A stretch of 64,000 nucleotides of DNA from Candidatus Aenigmatarchaeota archaeon (GTDB lineage Archaea; Aenigmatarchaeota; Aenigmatarchaeia; QMZP01; QMZT01), in contig JAFGDH010000019.1 in assembly GCA_016932215.1 (NCBI GenBank), positions 1,817-65,816 on the forward strand. Reading direction: 5' to 3'. Below, in pieces: positions 47,634 to 58,309 of this stretch. Position numbers and translations under genes: made by a program. The first letter of the stretch is position 1; each line of letters starts with the position of its first letter. Under the pieces are notes generated by a model. That model worked only from the letters and a program-made list of their open reading frames with translations, was not told the origin of the DNA and made no database searches.

Positions 47634-48341
47634 TTATTTACCGAAGCGCCTTTGCCTCGATTCGAAGTCCCTTATCGCCTTCGAGAAGTCCCTTTTGTCC
47701 ATCTCCGGCCAGAACACGTCCATGAACACCAGTTCAGAGTACACCGACTGGTACGGGAGGAAGTTGCTTAACCTTCGCTCTCCCCCCGTCCTTATTATCA
47801 GGTCCGGGTCCCCGTAGCCGTTCGTGTACAGGTATGACCTTATCAGGGGATCATTTACCTCGGAAGGGGCGAACTTCCCTTTCTTAACGTCTTCCGCTAT
47901 CCTTTCCATGGCCTGGGTGATCTCCTGCCTGCCGCCATAGGCGATAGCCAGGTTCAGGATGTGGTCGTCGTACCCTTCGGTCATCTTCGCGACCTTTAAT
48001 ATGATGGCCTGAAGGTCCTCCGGGAGGACGTCCAGCTTTCCGATGAAATTGATCCTGGTACGGTTCTTGTGTGCTATGTGTTCCGGGTTGTTGAGGACAT
48101 CGTTCAGCTCCTTCTTCGCGAGGGAAAAGAGGTAGTTGAGCTCCCTTTTGGGGCGCTTCTCGAGGTTCTCGAGCGATAACACATAGAATGTGAGCGTGCG
48201 GATTTTAAGGTCCTTGCACCAGTCCATCACGTCCCTGATCTTCTCTATCCCCCACTCGTGGCCCTTCCATGGGGTCTTCATTAGCCTTTTGGCCAGCCTC
48301 CTGTTGCCGTCCGGTATTATTCCTACGTGTGCTGGGATCAT
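47634..48341 (-). CDS. uppS: cis-prenyltransferase, undecaprenyl-diphosphate synthase family
   Basis: HVGIIPDGNRRLAKR and downstream ..RTLTFYVLS.EN. 235 aa. Confidence 0.85.
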   Translation of the reverse strand: MIPAHVGIIPDGNRRLAKRLMKTPWKGHEWGIEKIRDVMDWCKDLKIRTLTFYVLSLENLEKRPKRELNYLFSLAKKELNDVLNNPEHIAHKNRTRINFIGKLDVLPEDLQAIILKVAKMTEGYDDHILNLAIAYGGRQEITQAMERIAEDVKKGKFAPSEVNDPLIRSYLYTNGYGDPDLIIRTGGERRLSNFLPYQSVYSELVFMDVFWPEMDKRDFSKAIRDFESRQRRFGK

Positions 48342-48456
48342 CCAAAACCACCTGTCAAGATATAATAATATTCTTAAGTTATTTAAAATACTATTGTCCG
48401 GCCTTTTCCCCTGCGGAAACTGTCAGATATATATATTAATTCATGAAAATATAGGT

Positions 48457-49281
48457 ATGAAATTCGAATTGCACTGCCACTCTTTCCACTCGAGGGGAAG
48501 CAAGATAAAATGGGAATGCCTTTCCTCCCCCAAAGACGTTATCCGGACAGCCAGATGGAAGGGTCTCGACGCCATCGCCCTCACCGACCACAGGACGACG
48601 AAGGGCTGGAAGGAGGCCGAAATGGAGGCGAAGAAGGAAGGGATCATATTCATCCCGGGCCAGGAGGTCCACACGAGGGAAGGCCATCTCCTGGCGCTCG
48701 GAATAAAGAGGCAGATAACGAACGGAAGGCCGCTGAAGGAGACGGTAGACGAGATCCACGCCCAGGACGGCGTTGCGGTGGCTTCCCACCCCTTCGACAT
48801 AAGGGATGAAGGCGTAGGCGAGGGGATAAGGTACGCCGACGCCGTCGAGGTGTTCAATTCTCTCAACCTGGACCGCCTGAGCAACAAGCTCGCCTGGAAG
48901 AAGGCGAAGAGGCTCGGGAAGCCCATGGTAGCGGGCTCCGACGCCCATTCGATGGGAATGATAGGGACGTCTGTGAACCACGCGAAGGCGAAGGACCTGG
49001 AGGGCATACTGGATGCCATAAGAAAGGGCCAAATTTCGATGGAGAGGCGTTATATTTCTACACGGGTTCTTGTGGAGTGGGTCAGGGAAAGGTTCCTCAG
49101 ATCGTATTATGAGGTCATTGAATACATAAACAGGAACTATAACCCCGTGAAGGCAGCTTTCGCGAGGTTCATGCTCAACAAGTTCCTCAAGTACAGGAAG
49201 ATCCCGTGGGCCTTCCTGGCTAACATAAGCCTCCTGCTGACAGGGGCGTATTCTTTGATAAAATATATAGTGAGAAGCTAG
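48457..49281 (+). CDS. PHP-domain metal-dependent phosphoesterase
   Basis: MKFELHCHSFHS..., ALTDH, SHP and GSDAHS His/Asp motifs. Start set at the internal ATG, with a TATA-like box upstream. Confidence 0.75.
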   Translation: MKFELHCHSFHSRGSKIKWECLSSPKDVIRTARWKGLDAIALTDHRTTKGWKEAEMEAKKEGIIFIPGQEVHTREGHLLALGIKRQITNGRPLKETVDEIHAQDGVAVASHPFDIRDEGVGEGIRYADAVEVFNSLNLDRLSNKLAWKKAKRLGKPMVAGSDAHSMGMIGTSVNHAKAKDLEGILDAIRKGQISMERRYISTRVLVEWVRERFLRSYYEVIEYINRNYNPVKAAFARFMLNKFLKYRKIPWAFLANISLLLTGAYSLIKYIVRS

Positions 49282-49301
49282 AAACGTCAGTTTCCCTGCG
49301 T

Positions 49302-49529
49302 TTAATCCACCAGATGGTTCTCGATCATGTATTCGTGGGCTTCAGGGGATTCCTTTTTGCACCCCCCGCACATAACGAATATGGAGGTCTGATGCAGATC
49401 GCTTCCTGTAGAGTCAATAAGTTCATTTCTGGCCTTCATCGCTTCGTCGTATTTCCCCATGCGGTATTTCTCGAAGCAGCTCCTGCACAATTCCGACTTT
49501 CTGATGTACCCGTCTTCGCTGACACCCAT
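49302..49529 (-). CDS. small zinc-ribbon-like protein (CxxC...CGGC)
   Basis: 75 aa with LCRSC and MCGGCKK. Confidence 0.4.
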   Translation of the reverse strand: MGVSEDGYIRKSELCRSCFEKYRMGKYDEAMKARNELIDSTGSDLHQTSIFVMCGGCKKESPEAHEYMIENHLVD

Positions 49530-49542
49530 ACATGATCACTAA

Positions 49543-49803
49543 TTATAAGAGTTTATTCTCTTCGATATATTTTTTCGCCCTTTTCCCTGTCCTTCCGTTC
49601 ACGCAGCAGCCCCCGCAGGCATCGATCAATCCCTCCCTGTGGGTCGTTTCACCGGGAGAGTTCCCAAACGCGTAAAGAACGGCATGGTTCACGTCGCCCC
49701 TGTATTTATCTGACTTTTCAGGATCGCCTAACATGGAATGGAAACTGCACCACCCGCACGAATCCGCTGCTTTCTTCAATATTGACTTGTCCATACCCAT
49801 CAC
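49543..49803 (-). CDS. small zinc-ribbon-like protein (CxxC...CGGCC), paralog of 49302..49529
   Basis: 86 aa with SCGWC and DACGGCC. Confidence 0.4.
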   Translation of the reverse strand: MMGMDKSILKKAADSCGWCSFHSMLGDPEKSDKYRGDVNHAVLYAFGNSPGETTHREGLIDACGGCCVNGRTGKRAKKYIEENKLL

Positions 49804-49850
49804 TCAATATTGAATAAAAATAAAGAGAAAGGGATAAAAAATAATCCCTC

Positions 49851-51953
49851 TTATTTAACGAACATCACGAACTTGACCGCCAGTATGATTATTATCACCA
49901 GCACGATCAGCGCAAGCACGAGAACCTTCACGGAGTCCGCGCTCAGCTCCCCCGCGAATATCTGCGCGCTGGGAAGAGTTATGTTTATCGTCATCTCCGG
50001 CTCTCCCTGGCCCGTCACGTTCTCCGGCCATACAGACTCCACTGTTATGTAGAACGTGTAGCTGTCGCTCGCGTAGTTCGATGCTCCCTTAACGGTCACC
50101 GTGTACGTACCTGAAGTCACGAAGTAGTCCGGTGAGATGTACACGTAGAACTCCTTCATGTCCTCCGGGTCCATTACGGCATCGCTGGAGCTCAGGTAGG
50201 TCCATTCAGGCCCTTCCAGAGTCACCTCGTAGGCGTCCTTCCTCTCGCCCGTGTTCGTGAGCTTGAGGCGGACGGCCTTGCCGTAACCCACGTCGGAATC
50301 GACTTCCATGACCTCGCTGTCGCGAAGGTCGACCGCGAAACACTCCGCATTCGGCCTTACCGCAACCTTCATCACGTTTTCCTCGAAAACGTGCGCAGAA
50401 ACCAGCCTGAACGGTATCTCGTATGTCTGGTCCTGCGGGAAGAATGCGTTAAGCACCTTCTGGAACGTTATTTCCTCGCCAGGTTCGAGCGTGAATTCCT
50501 CCATGACCTCCTTCACTATCTGAAGCGAATAGGAGTCCCGGAACTCACCAGTGTTCCTGACGGTTATCTCGTAGAGGATCTCGTCCCCCACGCAGACGTT
50601 CCTTTCCATGGGATTTATCCGGAAATCCACCGAATAGCAGTTCTTTGCAAAAAGATCCACCGTGGTCCTGTCCTGCACCTCGCCGCTCTTTGCCTGGACC
50701 GTTAATTCCCTTTCCTCTCCCGGCTGCAGAGCGGACGTGTCGACCGTCAATTTCACCCTTTTTACCTCTCCCGGCGATACGGCCACTACGCCTTCCTCGA
50801 ATGTCCCGAGGTCGCTGGAGAGCTCATACATGTCGTCGACTGTGCCCGTGTTCTTCACGACCACCTCGTATTCTGCTTCCATTCCGTGGCAGAGAGCCTG
50901 GTCAGTCGGGTAAACCACGACTGCGACGTCCCTGCACTCTATTCCCTCGATGGAGGCTTGTACGTTCTTCTTTATTGCCGGAAGGCTCTGGGAACTTATC
51001 GTTACCTCGAAGTTCTTCCTTCCGAGCACGTTCGGCTTTACAAAAAGATCTATAATTCCCTCTTCGTTCGGCTCCAGGGATATGCTCTCTCTCTCCGGAG
51101 TGACGAAATCAGGGACGAAAATGTTGTATGTGTCTCCTTCCAGACCCACGTTGTCGATTATAAGCTTGTACTTGGTCGTCTTGCCCAAGCATACGACACC
51201 GTCAGAAGGCTTCACGTCGGCGTTGAAGTCGTAGCAGTTGATTATCCCCAGAGGAATGCTCTGGGAGTCCTTGGCGTACGAATCCTTCGATACGACATCA
51301 ACCAGTACCGCGAAATTCCCCGTGAGATCCGGCGGAAGTATGGAGAACTCCATCGCTTCGGTGTCCTGGGAGTCTATCCTCTTTTCGCCCTCGAAAAGAA
51401 CGTCCCCCCATGATGTCCGGATGGAAACGTCGAAATTCTCCTTTATTTTACCGTAGTTCGTGAGAGCCACGGTGAAATCAACATCGCTTCCCCTGCAGGA
51501 CTGTATCCTGTCCTCTGTCTCGATCTGCACGTAATGGCACGGCAGGACCTCGACGTCGAACGTCTTTATTGTGGACTGTCCCGTGGTGGAAACCTTTACC
51601 TTTATCTCATATATACCGGGCTTGGTATCACACGAAGGTGTGACATATATCTGCATGGGCTCGCTCGACTCGCCCGGGTCAAGCACCTTCTTGGCGTTAA
51701 CTGTGGTAACGTCAAGCGCAGAATGCATCTCAGGATGCCCTGTCCAGTCGGCAGGCATCTCGAGCTCGATGACATAACTGTGAGGAATGTCATCCAGATT
51801 CATTACATCCACCTGTACTTCTGTTACAGGCGTGCACGGACAAACAGAAACGAATTCCGTGGAAAGACTAACGTCCATATTGTAGGTCTGCGCGCTCACT
51901 ACCGGAGCCAGCATGACCGCCAATACAAGAGCAAACAATATTTTTTTGAACAT
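49851..51953 (-). CDS. cell-surface protein with CARDB/DUF11-like repeats, C-terminal TM anchor
   Basis: Signal MFKKILFALVLAVMLAPVVSAQT. Repeated V.(V/N)TG...D.Y motifs. C-terminal TM plus KFVMFVK. Confidence 0.7.
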   Translation of the reverse strand: MFKKILFALVLAVMLAPVVSAQTYNMDVSLSTEFVSVCPCTPVTEVQVDVMNLDDIPHSYVIELEMPADWTGHPEMHSALDVTTVNAKKVLDPGESSEPMQIYVTPSCDTKPGIYEIKVKVSTTGQSTIKTFDVEVLPCHYVQIETEDRIQSCRGSDVDFTVALTNYGKIKENFDVSIRTSWGDVLFEGEKRIDSQDTEAMEFSILPPDLTGNFAVLVDVVSKDSYAKDSQSIPLGIINCYDFNADVKPSDGVVCLGKTTKYKLIIDNVGLEGDTYNIFVPDFVTPERESISLEPNEEGIIDLFVKPNVLGRKNFEVTISSQSLPAIKKNVQASIEGIECRDVAVVVYPTDQALCHGMEAEYEVVVKNTGTVDDMYELSSDLGTFEEGVVAVSPGEVKRVKLTVDTSALQPGEERELTVQAKSGEVQDRTTVDLFAKNCYSVDFRINPMERNVCVGDEILYEITVRNTGEFRDSYSLQIVKEVMEEFTLEPGEEITFQKVLNAFFPQDQTYEIPFRLVSAHVFEENVMKVAVRPNAECFAVDLRDSEVMEVDSDVGYGKAVRLKLTNTGERKDAYEVTLEGPEWTYLSSSDAVMDPEDMKEFYVYISPDYFVTSGTYTVTVKGASNYASDSYTFYITVESVWPENVTGQGEPEMTINITLPSAQIFAGELSADSVKVLVLALIVLVIIIILAVKFVMFVK

Positions 51954-52085
51954 ACGTACCCTCCATTAATGCTTTTAAATTGGGAATAAGTTTTTTATAT
52001 TTATCGCTTTTCAGTGGTGATTTTCCCATCATTTATTTATATTTGATTTTTTTCTCCTTTATTTTCTAGTAGTGACGCGTAGTCA

Positions 52086-55000
52086 CTATCTATATATCTC
52101 GTTTATTCCAGGCTCCCTTAGGTGCCTGAACCCGTAGTGCAAGACTACGAGGAATATGATTGTAACCACGAATGCCCCCACGAGTATCATGGATGCGGGC
52201 GATCCTATGAACATGCCCGACATGCCGCCGTATCCGTAGGTGTCCATCTCGCCCTCAGGCACGACGTACAAGTGAAGCATCTTGCTGTACCTGAAGCTGC
52301 CTGAGCTGACCGTGACGTTCATGGTGTACTTTCCGAGGTCTTTCGGGACCACGTAAGCGTAAACGACCTTCCTCCCCTTTACCGTGGTGTTGTCCGGGTA
52401 GTTTACCCAGTTGTCCGGCACACCTTCGATATGAAGGTCGAACACCCTCTCGTCTGGTGAATTTATCAGTATCGAAAATGACTTCCCCGTCTGCCATGGT
52501 ATGTCGAGGAATGTCTGGAGTATCTCGACGTACGTCCCATCCGTCGGGCCGGGTGTCGGTCCGGGGGGCTGGGGTGGCTGAGGCGGTTCTGTATAAGGAT
52601 AAACGGTTATCTGGCCGTACTTGTTGGCTGTCTTCCCGCATCGTATGAACGCTTCCGCCCTTATGTTATGGCTTCCGGCAGGAAGAGTGAAGTATATCCT
52701 TCCGGTCTTGGAATTGCCTGTCGAGATGAAGAAGCTTTCCCTCTTCTCGAAGGAGTTGCCGGAATATATGCTCAGGTCAACGGTTCCGGATACGCTTCCG
52801 CTGTTCCTTATAGTGTAGTCCACCCATGCGCTGCTGCCCACGTATACCGATGAGGGGTAGCTGAACTGGGTGAATTCTATGTTACAAGTGCTCGGAGGCG
52901 AGCCGTATCCTATGAAGACGCTGTCCGACGCGCTGTCGCTGTTGTCCTCGTGGTCGTATACCGTTACCTCGCACCTGACGTTGTCCCCGTCGTCCGTGTA
53001 CGAGGACGAAAGGTCGTCCGTCAGCGAAGCCGAGTATCCTGAAATGTACCTGGTCTCCGTTCGCTCGAGCATCCCTTCCACGAACCACCTGAACACGACC
53101 CTTCTGAGGTCTCCGTCATCGTCTTCAACCCTTACCCTGCATTCGAGGGTGTCGTATTCGTCCGGGTCGTCCGGGGTTATCCCGATGCTGTCTACAAAAG
53201 GATCATCATCGTGGCTTCCGGTCCCTACCTCTACCCTTACGGTATCGCTCCAGTCGCTGACCCTTCCGTCGTCGTCCCTTACTTTAAGCCTTGCGTAGTA
53301 GACGCCGTCGTCGTCATACGAGTGGCGGACGTAATCGTTGTCTATCCATCCGGAAGTTTCGCCATCGTCAAAATCAAAATAATATTCCTCCACAGTGCCG
53401 TCGGGATCCCACGAGGCGTCCCCGTCGAACCTGACGTTCTCGTCAACGTCCGGGTAGCTGTCGTCGACGTCCAGCTCTGCCCTGGGTGTCTGGTCGTCTT
53501 CCTCTTCCCCGACAGTGACCGATTCGGAGTACTTCATGTCGCTCTGCTGGTCCGTGTCGTACACTGTCACCCTGCACTGTACCCTGTCGCCGTCATACGT
53601 GTATCCGTCGTCGAGTATGTCCGTCGCCGTGTCGTATCCGCCGTTCACCTCCTTCGTGCTGGTCCTGGAAAGAAGGCCGTCTATGAACCAGTCGAAGATA
53701 ACATAATCAAGATTATCATCCATGTCCGAGAAAGAACCCGAACATGTCAAATCTTGTTGGGTGTTGGGGTGTCTTGGGGTGATCTCCACAGCTACAGAAA
53801 TAGGTGGAGCATTAGTTCCTGAGGAAACCATCACAGAATCGAAATCGCTGTGATGGTTCCCGTCGGAATCATAAACCGTTACCTGGCATCGTACGTTCTG
53901 CCCGTTGCTCGTGTAGGACGAGTCGAGCGTGTCGGCCGCGAAGTCCATGGTGTTCACCACGTTCTTGTCCACGGACTTCCTTATCACGCCGTTAACGTAC
54001 CATTCGAAGGTAACATAATCAAGATTACCGTCAACGTCCTGAACCTGCGCCGTGCAGGTAAGGGAATCTGTACTTCTCGGGCTTGCAGGTGTTATGCCGA
54101 CAGACAAGACCTGAGGCAATTCGCTTCCGTCAGGTCCTGCCGTGCCGACAGTCGTTGAAACATAATCAAACGCGTTTTCGTTGTCGATGTCATATACCCA
54201 TACTTCGCACTTCACCACGTCACCATCACTGGTGTACGCCTGGCCGAGGTCGTCGTACTGCGTCGAGGTCGAACCGGATATGTACCTCGTGGTCGAACGG
54301 ACCGAAACGTCGTTAACGAACCACTTGAAGGTTACCCTGTTCAGCCCGCCGTTCGGATCTCTCACGTCTGCGGTGCATCTTATCGTCTGGTTGTCGAGAG
54401 GATTGAACGGCGTGAGCGTGATGGAATCTATCCTCGGAAGCTCGTTGCTCGGATCGGAAATGTCAACTGCGATCATCCCCTGCGTGTTGCCGCCGTCGGA
54501 CGTTATGCTGACTATAGCCGAGCTGTGGCTTGTCAGGGACTGCGTGTCCACCGTAGCCGTAACGTAGCTTATACCTCCCTCTGCGGTCGTTCCGCCTGAA
54601 GGCAAAATTGTTAACCATCCCCTGTCGTCGGAGATGCTCCACGTAAGGCTTCCCGTCCCTGTATTTCGGATGCTGAAGGTCCACTGCCTCACCGCTCCCT
54701 GCGGCAACGCTCCGAAATCATGGTTGGGGTCGGCCTGGAGAACGGGCTCGTCTTCTGTGACCTCGCCCACGTTGATCTCCATGAAACCGGAATCCGTTCC
54801 GGCATTGTCCTGCGTGGCTATCGATATCGTTCCCGTGTACCTTCCGTTCATGTTTGATGTATCAACTACGGATACGGTCACGTAGTCGGGCTCGCCCGTG
54901 CTAGTCCCCGCGGACGGGGAGACCTGAAGCCAGTTCGGGCTCGAGCTGACATACCAGGAAAGCGTTCCCGCACCGGTGTTCTGGACGTAGAACTGGTACT

Positions 55001-56306
55001 GGAACGGAGAACTGCCCTGGTTAACGTTACCAAAATTATGATCGCCCAGGTTCGAAGTCATCAGGGGCATGTTCACCGAAGGCCCGGAGAACGTTCCGGA
55101 GCTCGGCAGACGGACGGAATTTCCCTGCCCGTCGTTGAATACAAAATAATAATTGTGGTTCCCGTTGGCGCTGAACGTCCTGCTGTAGGTGAACTGAACG
55201 CCTGAAACGTAACCTGTTCCCTGGTTCGTCATAGGATATGCGCCGCCGTTGTCAAGGTATACGAGAGCTTCCGTGGGAGCGTCTCCGTCAGCGTCCCTGT
55301 AATTCACGCTGTAAGTGAACGTGTCTCCCGGCTCCCCCGCGTTGGGGGTGACTATCCCGCCGGAAAGGACCGGCTTGGCGTTGGTCACAGCCTGCACGTT
55401 TACGAGGACGGTTACCCATGAGCTCCACTGGTTATCATTATCCTTTACCCTCAGCTGGGCGTTGTAGTAGCCTGCGCTTGTGTAGGCGTGCTGGACCGAG
55501 GACTGCGATGTAGGACCGGCGGTGACCCCGTCGCCGAAGTTGAATTCATACTGCGTTACGATCCCGTCAGGATCAGTGCTCCCGGCTCCGCTGAACGTTA
55601 TTATTGTACCAGGCTGGGGGTTAGGGTTGCTGACCGTAAGGCTGGCGGTCGGGTAATCCTGCTGCTGGCTTCCCTCGCTCTCGGTCGTGAACGACCATAC
55701 CGGTCCCTGGCTCTCCCCTCCGTTGTCGTCTTTTGCCGCGATCCTCCAGTAGTATGTCGTGTCGTAGGAAAGCGTCGGGAGGGTATAGGAGGTTGCCGAC
55801 TGGCCATTCGAATATAAAGTGGGACTCGCTGAAGTCCCGAAATAAACATCATACGTTACCGTATCCCCGTCCGGATCCGTTACGGAATTCCAGACAAGGG
55901 ATGAACCCGTCCTGGGAACGTTTGTTGCCCCGTTAGTCGGGCTTATGTACGACGGCACGTTCGGCGGGTTGTTCTGCGCCTCGTTGATATATATGCTGTC
56001 CGAACCGCTCTGCGCGCCCCCTCCGCCCGGGAGGTAAGTGATGCAGCTCCACGTGTCTCCTCCTGTCGTGTATGAGCTGGCCAGAACGTTCCTTCCAGCG
56101 CCCGCTACCGCGTCTGTCTGCGCGCCGGTCTTTCTCCACCTGAAGAACCAGTTGGTCGGGTTGGAAATTCCTGCGATGTTGCAAGTAAGAGCATCATTGT
56201 CGTACGCCGGATCGGGCGTTATGTAAACGTTAACCGTCTGAGCTTCCCCTATTACAGAAAGCATCAGAAACATCAAAACGAATCCTAAAATTATCAATTT
56301 TTTCAT
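52086..56306 (-). CDS. giant cell-surface protein: FN3-like + PKD + 4 copies of a ~100-aa repeat + PKD + C-terminal TM anchor
   Basis: Signal peptide. PKD signatures (TFSGAGSTDPDG...FNFGDG and FDGDASWDPDG..FDFDDG). Repeats sharing (T/L)C....V.D.DGNL..V.F.W(F/Y)(V/I).G and V.C.V.VYD.D. C-terminal TM. Confidence 0.8.
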   Translation of the reverse strand: MKKLIILGFVLMFLMLSVIGEAQTVNVYITPDPAYDNDALTCNIAGISNPTNWFFRWRKTGAQTDAVAGAGRNVLASSYTTGGDTWSCITYLPGGGGAQSGSDSIYINEAQNNPPNVPSYISPTNGATNVPRTGSSLVWNSVTDPDGDTVTYDVYFGTSASPTLYSNGQSATSYTLPTLSYDTTYYWRIAAKDDNGGESQGPVWSFTTESEGSQQQDYPTASLTVSNPNPQPGTIITFSGAGSTDPDGIVTQYEFNFGDGVTAGPTSQSSVQHAYTSAGYYNAQLRVKDNDNQWSSWVTVLVNVQAVTNAKPVLSGGIVTPNAGEPGDTFTYSVNYRDADGDAPTEALVYLDNGGAYPMTNQGTGYVSGVQFTYSRTFSANGNHNYYFVFNDGQGNSVRLPSSGTFSGPSVNMPLMTSNLGDHNFGNVNQGSSPFQYQFYVQNTGAGTLSWYVSSSPNWLQVSPSAGTSTGEPDYVTVSVVDTSNMNGRYTGTISIATQDNAGTDSGFMEINVGEVTEDEPVLQADPNHDFGALPQGAVRQWTFSIRNTGTGSLTWSISDDRGWLTILPSGGTTAEGGISYVTATVDTQSLTSHSSAIVSITSDGGNTQGMIAVDISDPSNELPRIDSITLTPFNPLDNQTIRCTADVRDPNGGLNRVTFKWFVNDVSVRSTTRYISGSTSTQYDDLGQAYTSDGDVVKCEVWVYDIDNENAFDYVSTTVGTAGPDGSELPQVLSVGITPASPRSTDSLTCTAQVQDVDGNLDYVTFEWYVNGVIRKSVDKNVVNTMDFAADTLDSSYTSNGQNVRCQVTVYDSDGNHHSDFDSVMVSSGTNAPPISVAVEITPRHPNTQQDLTCSGSFSDMDDNLDYVIFDWFIDGLLSRTSTKEVNGGYDTATDILDDGYTYDGDRVQCRVTVYDTDQQSDMKYSESVTVGEEEDDQTPRAELDVDDSYPDVDENVRFDGDASWDPDGTVEEYYFDFDDGETSGWIDNDYVRHSYDDDGVYYARLKVRDDDGRVSDWSDTVRVEVGTGSHDDDPFVDSIGITPDDPDEYDTLECRVRVEDDDGDLRRVVFRWFVEGMLERTETRYISGYSASLTDDLSSSYTDDGDNVRCEVTVYDHEDNSDSASDSVFIGYGSPPSTCNIEFTQFSYPSSVYVGSSAWVDYTIRNSGSVSGTVDLSIYSGNSFEKRESFFISTGNSKTGRIYFTLPAGSHNIRAEAFIRCGKTANKYGQITVYPYTEPPQPPQPPGPTPGPTDGTYVEILQTFLDIPWQTGKSFSILINSPDERVFDLHIEGVPDNWVNYPDNTTVKGRKVVYAYVVPKDLGKYTMNVTVSSGSFRYSKMLHLYVVPEGEMDTYGYGGMSGMFIGSPASMILVGAFVVTIIFLVVLHYGFRHLREPGINEIYR

Positions 56307-56307
56307 A

Positions 56308-57744
56308 CTAAAATCCTCCCCTTATGGTCAAGCCACCCTTTATGAACTGGGTCCTTTCCTTGTAGCCCATGTCAAGCTCTTCCTGCCCCAGTTTCAAATA
56401 TAACCCGATATTCGGGTTGAAATAGAATTCGGCGCCCGCCCCGAGTGATCGCGAATTTGCTGCCATCGTTCCGCCTTCGAAGGCGAGAGGATCATTTATT
56501 GTCCTGTTCATCCCGCTGCCAAAAACGAAAAGGGATGCCCTGTACATGGGCTGGCCGCCCGCTTCTCCGAGCTTCTGGATGTAAAGGCCAAGCTTTGCCT
56601 CGCCTCCCACGCCTCCTTTAACGTCATAGCTTCCTATCGGGATGAAATAGTGCACTCCGGCTTCGGCCCCGAGGCCGGTACCGTCAGGCATTATCCCGAG
56701 GTTTACGAGGGCTGTCATCTGCTTCTCGTCTATGTTGAAAGGAACGTTGTCGAATGTGTCCGTTATCCTCTTAAGATCATAATCAAGGCCGAACTCGTAG
56801 AAAGCCGGCTTGCTGACCCTTCCCGCACCAAGCAGCATCTCTGCGCTGAATCCGCTCTGGCTGTGGTCTCCAAGATCGATGTCGCCGTCCGTGTGCTTTC
56901 CGCCGAAACTGGTCCCGTAGCCCAGCGCAAGCGTGAGGTAAAGGTTTTCGGCCACCTGGAAAAGTGTCTTGGCGTCGAAATCCCCGAGGTACCTGGACCT
57001 CATGTTGGTCCCGAGTCCCGGGAACGTCATCTCGTCCTGCCCGGCCTTTATAGTCAGTTCGCCGTAGTTCACGGCGTTAATCATTTCCCTCGGCGTCTTG
57101 GGCTTCTTCTGCGGTTGGACCGGTTCTGTCGGCCTGTCCTGCTTCTTGTCCAGCTCTCCCTGAAGCCTTTCGATTTCGAGCCTCAGGTTGATTATGTCCT
57201 GGGTGTGATCTGGACCCTTTTCCCTTTCGAGCCTCTGCGCATAATCCTCGAGCTGCTCTATCCTGTAGGATACGAACTGGTTGAGGCACGGGGCACGAAG
57301 GATGGAACCCCTCTTTATGTGCTGTCCGTCAGGCTCAACGTAAGTATTGATGTCAACACCGTACCTCTCCTGCATGTACTGCCTGGTTATCGACCATATC
57401 TGGTCGTTGCTCATGCTGCTGGTATTCGATTTGTCGAGCCATTTCTGGATCATCCCGGTGAATCCCGCCTTCGTGTCTGAAGGGAGGTTCGCCCTGATCG
57501 GCTCGTGGCTTGCCATGACATATCTGGAGTTGCTGTCTGAAATTATCGGAAGAGGTATCATCCCCCTCTCTATCTGAGCATTAACGTATTTCATGTGCGC
57601 AAGGTTCGAGCTTGCGGACTCGAAAGCGTTCGCCTGATTTGCGAGTAAAACCACTGCTCCCGCGGTCAGGGGCAAAACAAAAGGTGCTGCGGCGTTCATG
57701 AAATTTACCCATCCGGATGGTTTGACATTTTCGAGGTTTTCCAT
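56308..57744 (-). CDS. secreted Gly-rich protein with beta-rich C-terminal half ending in Phe
   Basis: Internal signal-like MNAAAPFVLPLTAGAVVLLANQANA. C-terminus ...KGGLTIRGGF. True start uncertain; the ORF extends to 58152. Confidence 0.45.
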   Translation of the reverse strand: MENLENVKPSGWVNFMNAAAPFVLPLTAGAVVLLANQANAFESASSNLAHMKYVNAQIERGMIPLPIISDSNSRYVMASHEPIRANLPSDTKAGFTGMIQKWLDKSNTSSMSNDQIWSITRQYMQERYGVDINTYVEPDGQHIKRGSILRAPCLNQFVSYRIEQLEDYAQRLEREKGPDHTQDIINLRLEIERLQGELDKKQDRPTEPVQPQKKPKTPREMINAVNYGELTIKAGQDEMTFPGLGTNMRSRYLGDFDAKTLFQVAENLYLTLALGYGTSFGGKHTDGDIDLGDHSQSGFSAEMLLGAGRVSKPAFYEFGLDYDLKRITDTFDNVPFNIDEKQMTALVNLGIMPDGTGLGAEAGVHYFIPIGSYDVKGGVGGEAKLGLYIQKLGEAGGQPMYRASLFVFGSGMNRTINDPLAFEGGTMAANSRSLGAGAEFYFNPNIGLYLKLGQEELDMGYKERTQFIKGGLTIRGGF

Positions 57745-58309
57745 GTCAATTTCTTCCGGTAAAACGTCCGAAAAGTCGGGGGTAACGAATATCCCCCTTC
57801 CCTCATCGATGAGCTTTAAAACATGAGCAGGGTCAAGATCGTTCCTCTTTATCGTGCTGGTGACGAGCCCGATCTGCTTTTCCCTTTTCCTCTTGAGCTG
57901 TTCCCTCGGGCTGTTGGGCCCGATCATCTGGTCCGCTGTCGCGTGCGCGGCCTGAGCCCCGAGAACCTGTATCTGTTCATCGTATCTGGAGAAACTCCTT
58001 ATCGTCCTGTAAGGAACCTGAGAAACATCAACGACGTCTTTGACGAGTGTCGCATCGGGAGAAACGGCATTACACACATCTTCTCCTAAGTGTAAAAAAG
58101 CTTCTCTTTTGCTACCCGAATGAACCCGCGTCATTTTTATCCAACACTCCAAATCAAAACCGATATTTGAAGTTATTTTTACTATTTATGAGTAAATAAT
58201 ACACAATAAGATTTATAAAGATATCGTTTCTTACCGGTAGTAAAAAATCTTTTTTTAATAATACAAAATAATTGTAAATTATATATACAGAAGGGGTGCA
58301 ATTTCTATT

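Noticed and set aside
48436-49032. Two minus ORFs (about 190 aa each) inside the PHP-domain gene
   Set aside because: Antisense to a gene with canonical PHP His motifs.
50308-51989. Multiple short + ORFs inside the 700-aa surface-protein gene
   Set aside because: All are antisense shadows of a long repeat-containing gene.
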